From Eledone cirrhosa (taxonomy: Eukaryota), in the NCBI GenBank assembly GCA_964016885.1, contig OZ024747.1, positions 20,088,001-20,152,000 of the forward strand: a DNA stretch of 64,000 nt, in the 5' to 3' direction. This document shows, in pieces, positions 55,037-64,000 of the stretch (position 1 is the first letter of the stretch; each line of letters starts with the position of its first letter). A program made the position numbers and the translations under genes. Under the pieces are notes generated by a model that was given only the letters and a program-made list of their open reading frames with translations, did not search any database and was not told where the DNA came from.

Positions 55037-55096
<60 letters not shown>

Positions 55097-55161
55097 TTAC
55101 TGCTGCTGCTGCTGCAGCAACAACAAGAACAACTATTACAACAACAACAACAACTACTACT

Positions 55162-55242
<81 letters not shown>

Positions 55243-55245
55243 GCA
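54360..55245. repeat. (AAC)n/(ACT)n/(GCT)n compound repeat with a ~120-bp internal duplication
   Basis: attactgctgctgctgctgcagcaacaacaagaac at about 54976 and 55096. Confidence 0.92.
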
Positions 55246-55694
55246 GGAGCAGTAGACACAGAAACGACAAGATGAGCAGCTGCAATAAAGTGCATAAAAA
55301 CACGACAACAATAACAATAGCAATAAATACTTTTGCAAAGACAATCTTCATCATTAAGACCAGCAGAAGCAAGAACAACAATATCTGCAATAAAAACGTT
55401 AACTACAACAAACGTAAGAAATATTCATATTCATCATCATGCACAACACTAACATGAACAATAAGAACAATAACAACAGTATCTGCAACAACAACTACGT
55501 CCACAACTATAATGCATTTAATAATTTCGGTTATCGCAATATCGAATAGAATATAATAAAATATAATTCACTCTGAGGGGGAAAAAAACTATTAAGAAGC
55601 TAAATAAACAAGAATACACAAGCGGGGATACGTACATGTATTCATACAGACCTGGAGACAGACGAAAACATTCCAAAACACACAGGCACACACA

Positions 55695-55750
<56 letters not shown>

Positions 55751-55832
55751 GTGTATATATGTATATATATATGTACATATATACATAGATACATACATAT
55801 ATATATATATTTATATATATATATATTTATAT

Positions 55833-55949
<117 letters not shown>

Positions 55950-56411
55950 ATAAAATAACTCGTTTCAAATAATGAACTTTCATACGAAAAAGAAATTCTT
56001 TCTATATTTATATCCTCATTTCAGCCATAAATATTTACAACGTAATTCCAATTTTAAAATTGGAATTATATTATTCAGATGTCGGATGTCTGCGATTAGA
56101 GCTTGTAAAGAGATATTTTTGAAAATTATCTTTGACAAAATATTTGTTTTCCTTCATATCATGTAAATCAAGGACTTTTATAGACATGCTCTTATTAATT
56201 CATATCGAGGTGATCAGTATTGCAGGAGGCAGCTTTCGTACTATTATGCAAATTGGTCGACAACGTTTCAAATTATCTTGGAAACTGTTCGATATTTAAC
56301 TTGAGAGATTGTCAGGTTAGCATTGAAACTGTAAGTGAATATTCTTCAAATATATATTTGCGTGGTGAATTGGCAGTGCCGTGAGACATAAGAAAGCACA
56401 CCTTGGAGAAT

Positions 56412-56660
56412 TGGCCTAATAGTATGGATGCTTTATGTATGATCGTAATGTCGTCGGTTTGATTCCTGGACTGGCTCTTGTATTGTGTTCTTGAGCAAAA
56501 TGCATTATTTCACGTTGCTCAACTCCCCTCAGGTGAGATGTGTAAAGGCGGTAGCTGGGAATAAAACCTATAACAGATGGGTGTCCTATACAAGGAGTGC
56601 TTTGTACTCCCAGTCGCCAAGGTAACCGGGGATAACAACCAGCCTAATGAGTTTTCGGCT
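56412..56660 (+). mobile_element. Second-family (CORE-like) SINE, diverged
   Basis: tggcctaatagt...ggtttgattcc...ttgtgttcttgagcaa...tttcacgttgctc; homologous to 17045-17279. Confidence 0.75.
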
Positions 56661-57675
56661 TAGAATAGACTTTAACTAACTAAATTTATGCAGTTACAGC
56701 TCCAATCACGCCGATAATTACTTTTCAATGATGATAAAACATATTCCCAGACTATTGTGGTTGACAAGTAGAAATGCTAAATCATCAGGTGAGATGAACT
56801 TTGGACTGTGTTCCGACTCTTTGCATTGTAGTATACTTTGTGATAGATTTAATCCTTTGCTGAGTTTATCACGACCACCTGCTCATTCATGGGCATTAAT
56901 GGACGCATTCTATTGAAAGTATTCGGGCAAGGTCTCTAGTTTCAGGGTACATTTGTTTCTCTTTCCAGTCTCATTCAACCTGAACATGGCCATGTGCAGT
57001 ACCCATTCGTTATTTTATAAAACCACAGTAATTTCCCTATTGTGAACACCACATGGAATCTATATGACACAATGTTCTATAATCTGTGGAGGGGGTAGGG
57101 TCGATACGACTGAGCCCAATATGTTACACCTGTTTGTTTTATATAGATGGAATCGAAATTCGATTTGAAATTAGAAGGTACAGTGTTGACCCTAATCACC
57201 AAAAGAAGGAAAGCAAATCCGACATCAACGGGATTTGAAACAAGACCGCAAAAGAATCGTAATGTTATTCATACAAATTTCTTAAACATCTATGAAATCA
57301 CCACCTCTTGTAATGGGGTGGAATGGCTAAAATATTACGCCTTCATACAATATGTCGTATATGGTGTCTAGAACCATTATTTTATGCTCTAGTGACAAAT
57401 ATAGTAGAGTATGGAGAATTAACAGAATCTGTAAAACATCGGTTATAATGTTTTGCAGTATTAATTCCGGTATTTGCGCTCTCTGATTTCAAATACCACC
57501 GAGGGCAACTTTGCTTTTCATCCTTGCGAGATCCATATAAAAGTACTAATCTAGTACGTTGCTTTCTCATTTACTGTTTCTTTCACTACCTCCTCTCCCC
57601 CTCTTCCCTGCTTTCCCCTACCCCGCCCCCTCTCTCTCTCTTCTCTCTCTCTCTCTCTATTTCTCTCTATTTCGG

Positions 57676-57774
<99 letters not shown>

Positions 57775-58371
57775 TTCTCTAGAAGAAAACTGGTGTGTTC
57801 CGAACTGGAGAGCGGATGATCAAAACAGGTTTAAAGTCCCGAAGATACGGTGACCCTATGATTCCATAAGAGTTACAGGCTCAAACATACATACATATAA
57901 CATTGGCATCAATATTATCTTCAGTTTTCAGTTCAGATAACAGCGGAATAAACATTAATTTTCATTATTACTGGATTGACAAATTTATTTCCTGCGCAAG
58001 CGGTGCACTCTACTGAAATGTGTGTTTATGTCCAGTGTTAGACTTCATTGTGATAGGCTGTTTGTTTCCTCTCCCTGGACTTTTTAAAATATTTAATAGT
58101 TGTAGTCATTAATATTTGACAAGCTGGATAAATGTGTAGTGACACTGATCTCTGCGCTATCTATCGATTAAAACTATCCCAAAGACCCTTCGTTGAAACC
58201 CCATTCGACTGTTGTATAAGCGATCATATTCTTTCGGTCATTACCCAAGATTCATGACCATAGATGCATGACGATACATAATGGCTAAATTAGTTACAGT
58301 TAATTATAGAGACTTGAATACACTGTGTATAATGTGCGGATATCATTGTACCAAAACAGGAAACATAATAT

Positions 58372-58552
58372 AATAATTGTTTCTACTTTTGGCACAAGGC
58401 CAGCAATTATCCAGTACATTACTGGTACTTTATTTTATCGACCTCGTAAGGAAGAAAGGCAAAGTTAATCTCGGCAGGTTTGCACTCAGATCATAAAGGC
58501 ACGTAACTCAATGCTTCAGAAGCATGGTGTCCGACTCTCTACCAATACGGCC
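58372..58552 (-). mobile_element. Major-family SINE
   Basis: Reverse complement of consensus with (TAA)n tail. Confidence 0.9.
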
Positions 58553-59454
58553 ATAATGTTAGAAGATACTGTTGATGGAAAACAGTATAGAAGAGAAGGC
58601 GAGATAAACATCGGGTGAAGGATGGAAGAAGACAGTTAGGCTAATTAACAATGTGTTGCGACCATATATATGCTTCATTTTGTTAAAATTCGGAATTCAA
58701 TTTCCAACAAGAAGGATTTTACCTTTCATCATCTTAGAGTCCATAAAATAAACTATTCGTAAATTATCGTGCTCTATATATTGTAGTGTTTCACGAAAAG
58801 ACATGGCCTTGTGCCAATATAACTCAGAATAAATATACAAATCATGGACAAAAAAATGTTTAAAAGATAGACAGAACTGTTCTCTCTAAGGCAGCGATAC
58901 ATACACACACATATGCACACTAGTATTAAACCAAAAATATACTTTTAACAAATTTTTCATTATCAATATATTCCGTTATTTATCCATGTGAAAAATGTCT
59001 GTCCCTTTTGGTATATGTCCATATACTTTTCTTGTTTTATTATTTTCCTCGTTTTCTCTAACGTCTGCCAATTTACAACATTAATATTAATAACGAGAAT
59101 AATAAAAATAACAAAAAACTACAGCATTATAATATTAGTAATAACGATGATAATAATAATTCATGAAGAAGAAGAACAACAATTATAATAATAAAAATAA
59201 CCATGATGATGATGATGATGATGGGGCTTGAGATTATGATGATGATGATGAGAATAATAATAATCAAAATAAAGGTAATTATTTATTTTTTTCGTTTTGC
59301 CGTTCTGATTTTGTTGTTGTTCTGATTTTGTTGTTGTTTGTGATCGCAGGGGTTGGTGGTGGGGATGGTAATGATAATTTTATCTTTGTTGTTGTTATCA
59401 TTAATCTTATAGGTATTTTCTCTAGGTGATACGTCTCTCTCTCTGTATATATAT

Positions 59455-59546
<92 letters not shown>

Positions 59547-59667
59547 ACACACACACACATAAAACATACATATATATACCTATATATATATATATATATA
59601 TACATATATATACACACATATATATATATAGATACATATATATATATAACATACATATATATATATA

Positions 59668-59757
<90 letters not shown>

Positions 59758-60093
59758 AACAGAGAGAGAGAAAGAGTACGTATGTATATATATTTATACA
59801 TAATATATATATGTATATATATATATATAAATATATGTGTGTGTGTGTGTGTATGTTTGTATTTGTCCATATATGTGTATGCATGAATGTTTGAACGTAG
59901 TTGTACACATACATACATACGTAACTTATATATATACATATTTGAAATGTATTTTGGTATAATTCATTTTAATTATGAATAAAGATAATAACATCAAATG
60001 AAATAACTTGCAGCTATATAAGCAAAAAAATATATGTAAGTATATGTATGTTTTTATATGTATGCAGTTATATATATATATGTGTGAGTAAGT

Positions 60094-60145
<52 letters not shown>

Positions 60146-60190
60146 CCCTCACACATATATATTTCTGTGTATATATATATGTGTGTGTGC

Positions 60191-60285
<95 letters not shown>

Positions 60286-60300
60286 TGTAAATATATAAAT

Positions 60301-60380
<80 letters not shown>

Positions 60381-60436
60381 ATTTATATATTTACACCTAT
60401 GCACACACACATATATATATACACACATATATATAT

Positions 60437-60545
<109 letters not shown>

Positions 60546-60783
60546 TGTGGGCATTTGTGGTTTCGTTTGTGTGTTTGTTAATGTGCATTATGCAAATAGA
60601 TTTGTCACTGTATGTTTCTACCTGTAAAAATAGTTGTATTGCGAACGTGATTCTGCAAGTATATTTGCATGTATCGTACAAAGGTTTATACAAATACATA
60701 CACACTTACTATTTGAGACACAATCTTACCTATGTAGACACACACTTACACATACTCATATATACAAATCCACACACACACAA

Positions 60784-60818
<35 letters not shown>

Positions 60819-61159
60819 CCATTGTAGGCGGCGCGTGGCATAGTACTTAAGGTGTCCATCTAATGGTGCTAAGGTCGCATGTCCAGTGATTTTCATCGTG
60901 AACGCAATGTGTGACATACGTGGCCCTTGTATTTCATGTGCAGCTCATTTTTTTCTGACTGGGTTGGAGGAACGTGACATAAAAACGCTTGTTCACGGAC
61001 ACAACTTGCCGCCAAGCTCCGTCTATAATGTATATAATTGGTCAAATATATGAAAATAAGTGCATGAATTTAACACGGTATACAGTACCCCTCAAAGAAA
61101 TCTCATGGTTATTAAATAAATTTACAAATCAATAGGATCTTAGGTTAACTTTATTTCTA

Positions 61160-61680
61160 GAAAGATAGAGTAAAGAGAGAAGAAGGAGAGAGAAAGGAGA
61201 CAAACAAGAAAGAGGAAGGGGATAAAAAGGGGAGAGTAAGGAGAGAAAGGAGCCGAGAAAAGGGGAGCAATGAGAGAGAAAGAGGGAGAGTAAGGAGAGA
61301 GAGAAAGGAGAGAAAACGGGAGGGAAAGGAGATGAGAAAGGGGGAGCAAGGAGAGAGAAATAGGGAGCGTAAGGAGAGAGAAAAAGGAGATGAGACAGGG
61401 AGAGCAAGGAGAGAGAAAGAGGGAGAGTAATGAGAGAAAGAAAAGGGAGAACAATGAGATGAAAAATGGGGAGCAAGAAGATAAAAAGGGAGAGCAAGGA
61501 GAGACGAAAAGGAGAGAAAGGAGAGAAATCGGGGGGAAAGGAGATGAGAAATGGAGATCAACGAGAGAGAAAAAGGAGAGAAAGGAGAGAGAAAGGAGAC
61601 GAGAAAGGGAGAGCAAGGAGAGAGGAAAAGCCAGAACAAGGAGAGAAGAAAATGAGAGCAAGGAGAGAGAGGGAGAACAA
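61160..61680. repeat. Polypurine (GA-rich) cryptic minisatellite
   Basis: Recurring gggagagcaaggagagagaaa-like units; top strand almost entirely purine. Confidence 0.9.
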
Positions 61681-61769
61681 TCAGAAATGGTCATACGGAC
61701 TACATCCCTACTCACTGCTATCAGAGCGGAGTTGGCCGCTTGCAGGTACGAGCCCCACAAAGTAGAATG

Positions 61770-62146
61770 ACTGTCACCCCACTGTATTACTGGTCCTTTA
61801 TTTTATCGACCCCGTAAGGATGAATGGCAAAGTCAACCTCGGCGGCGTTTGAACTCAGAATGTAAAGGGACATAACTCTATGCTGCAAAGCATGGTGTCT
61901 GACGCTCTACCGATACAGCCAAACCATTACCCTGTATTAATGATTTCTTATATAGGCACAAGGCCAGCAATTTTGGGGAGGGAAAAATCGATTAAATCGC
62001 CCACAGTGCGTGACTGGTACTTTATTTTATCGACTCCGTAAGGATGAAAGGCAATGTTAACCTCGGCGGCATTTCAACTCAGACTATAAAGGGGCGTAAC
62101 TCTATGATGCAAAGCATGGCGTCCGACCTTCTTCTGGTACTACCAA
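61770..62146 (-). mobile_element. Two head-to-tail major-family SINEs
   Basis: About 61770-61925 and 61936-62146, reverse complement of consensus. Confidence 0.92.
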
Positions 62147-62300
62147 GTATGGACAAGGTGTCCATTAAATTTATTCAGGTGTGACGTGCGTTTAGTGATT
62201 GATCATATATCAATATATATATAGATTTATCTCGGGTTCAAACTGGGGTAACCACAGTAAGTAAGGTACTTAATACAAAGCAGAGTATAAATATAGAAGG

Positions 62301-62351
62301 GGCTTCTACAGTACTAGAACTGTTTCATTCGGGAGAAATCATCAGGAAGCC
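62301..62351 (-). ncRNA. Type I hammerhead ribozyme, apparently intact
   Basis: GGCTTC-CTGATGA-TTTC-TCCC-GAAT-GAA-ACAGT-TCTAGT-ACTGT-A/GAAGCC. 6-bp helix I, canonical core, 5-bp helix III, GUA triplet; helix II is 3 bp with a U-U at its base. Confidence 0.85.
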
Positions 62352-62532
62352 GACTGTTCAAGCAATATGTTGGTGTTTATATCTTTTCTGGTGGTAGGAG
62401 ATGGTGGTGATATAGTTTTTAAAGAATTCCCCTTTCTTTAAACCCATCAAACAATGATCTCCACCCATCCCAATCACCACCCTCTCCTACCACCGGAAAA
62501 GATATAAATACCACCGTATTACTTGGACAGTC

Positions 62533-62586
62533 AGCTCCCTGATGATTTGTCCCGAATAAAACAGTTCTAGTCCTGTAGAAACCCTT
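62533..62586 (+). ncRNA. Mirror hammerhead copy, probably inactive
   Basis: AGCTCC-CTGATGA-TTTGTCCCGAAT-AAAAC...GTA-GAAACC; G12 changed to A and helix I mismatched. Confidence 0.6.
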
Positions 62587-62650
<64 letters not shown>

Positions 62651-62675
62651 GAAAGGGCTTCTACAGGACTAGAAC

Positions 62676-62715
<40 letters not shown>

Positions 62716-62736
62716 GCAATCATATCTATCTATCTA

Positions 62737-62890
62737 GGGCGGGTAAAATTCCCGAGATCCATGGACGAGTTCTCTCCAGCGGTCTCTGTCCCTTATTATC
62801 GCTGCCATCTCCAACAGACCAGTGTTTGTCCTTAGGGCATCAACATACGGTAACCTTGGTCTTCCGCTTCCAGTGTGTCCCACAGGAGCA
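62737..62890 (-). mobile_element. RTE-clade LINE 3' end fragment
   Basis: GRPRLPYVDALRTNTG...DRDRWRELV, then a short (AGAT)n tail. Confidence 0.82.
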
Positions 62891-62972
62891 CTGAGTGCAG
62901 TGTCAACTCTGGATGTCGGTGAGCATGTCCAGCTAACCTCAGTCTCCTCTGTGTCACTTTTGAGCTGACTTT

Positions 62973-63026
<54 letters not shown>

Positions 63027-63029
63027 ATG

Positions 63030-63256
63030 ATGAGAAGCCAGAGGGCATTACTAATGTAGTCGAGAAGCCGCTGGAATTAGTTGAGGACTTCCTGTATTTG
63101 GGAGCAAATATTGGGAATATGGAAGATGATGTGGTTGAGAGGAAGAGCAAAACCTGGGCGGCGTCCCACAGTTTGAGATCGGTGTAGAAGTCGGACATTC
63201 ATGAAGATCTGTAGATCCGCCTCTTCATTGCTGTAGTGGAGTCTGTGCTGCTGTAC
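63030..63256 (+). pseudogene. RTE-clade LINE reverse transcriptase C-terminal fragment
   Basis: LELVEDFLYLGANI...RKSKTWAASHSLRSV*KS...IRLFIAVVESVLLY, with in-frame stops. Confidence 0.85.
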
Positions 63257-63697
63257 ATAATCATATATACATACATAACCACATAAACACACGCGCGTGT
63301 GTGTGTGTGTGTGTATGTGTATTCACAATCTGTATCGTAAACTAAATAATTATGAATGATTTCCACGCATGACTGCATCGTTCTGTGCAACATAATGTGC
63401 ATTTAATATGAAATTTAATTACGTCCATGATAAATTCTTTTTTGGTTCCAGTAGCATTGATAAATATATTGAATACTTACTATGATGCTTGTTGCTGTGG
63501 TTGTCATAGACATCAACATCATAATCATCATTTTAATATCAATGTCATCGTCGTCATCATCACACTCATTGATATTTTTTAAATGCACATTTTTGATACA
63601 GTAATCAGCTGTCAAACATCCGTCTTTGTTATTCAATTTCATTTTGTTTACATATTTTATTATTCACACACAGAAATATTCTGTGCTTTTGTGTCAA

Positions 63698-63780
<83 letters not shown>

Positions 63781-63801
63781 GCACACACACACACACACAC
63801 G

Positions 63802-63861
<60 letters not shown>

Positions 63862-63915
63862 AATATACACACACATATACATATATATACGTATATATTA
63901 TGTATATATGTATAA

Positions 63916-64000
<85 letters not shown>

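Larger units (their letters stand above)
62226..62594 (-). mobile_element. Fold-back hammerhead element, family B (longer copy)
   Basis: Tail 62226-62290; inverted arms about 62291-62411 and 62473-62594; ~60-bp spacer; (TA)n on both sides. Confidence 0.85.

Overview
AT-rich, microsatellite-saturated eukaryotic DNA with no recognisable host gene. The dominant tRNA-derived SINE looks like the Octopus (cephalopod) SINEs as I recall them; this assignment is inference. Nearly all ORFs in the supplied track are artefacts of (TA)n, (CA)n, (GGT)n or (ACT)n repeats. The real content is transposon-derived: about 20 SINE copies (often head-to-tail), an internally deleted mariner, hAT- and mariner-type MITEs, a head-to-tail Helitron pair with a nested RepHel fragment, a second small Helitron, R4/Dong-like, L1/Tx1-like and RTE LINE remnants, and a Penelope-like GIY-YIG remnant. 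The most striking signal is a cluster of type I hammerhead ribozyme (HHR) motifs from at least five sequence families. Two families form small non-coding fold-back elements (inverted arm + HHR arm + unique 65-85 nt tail) inserted at (TA)n tracts, so they carry hammerhead sequence on both strands (1259-1909, 36596-36795, 51779-51960, 62226-62594). One copy (62301-62351, minus) has an intact catalytic core and 6-bp helix I. Several (TA)n tracts also contain short insertions copied from nearby sequence. All folds and alignments were done by eye.
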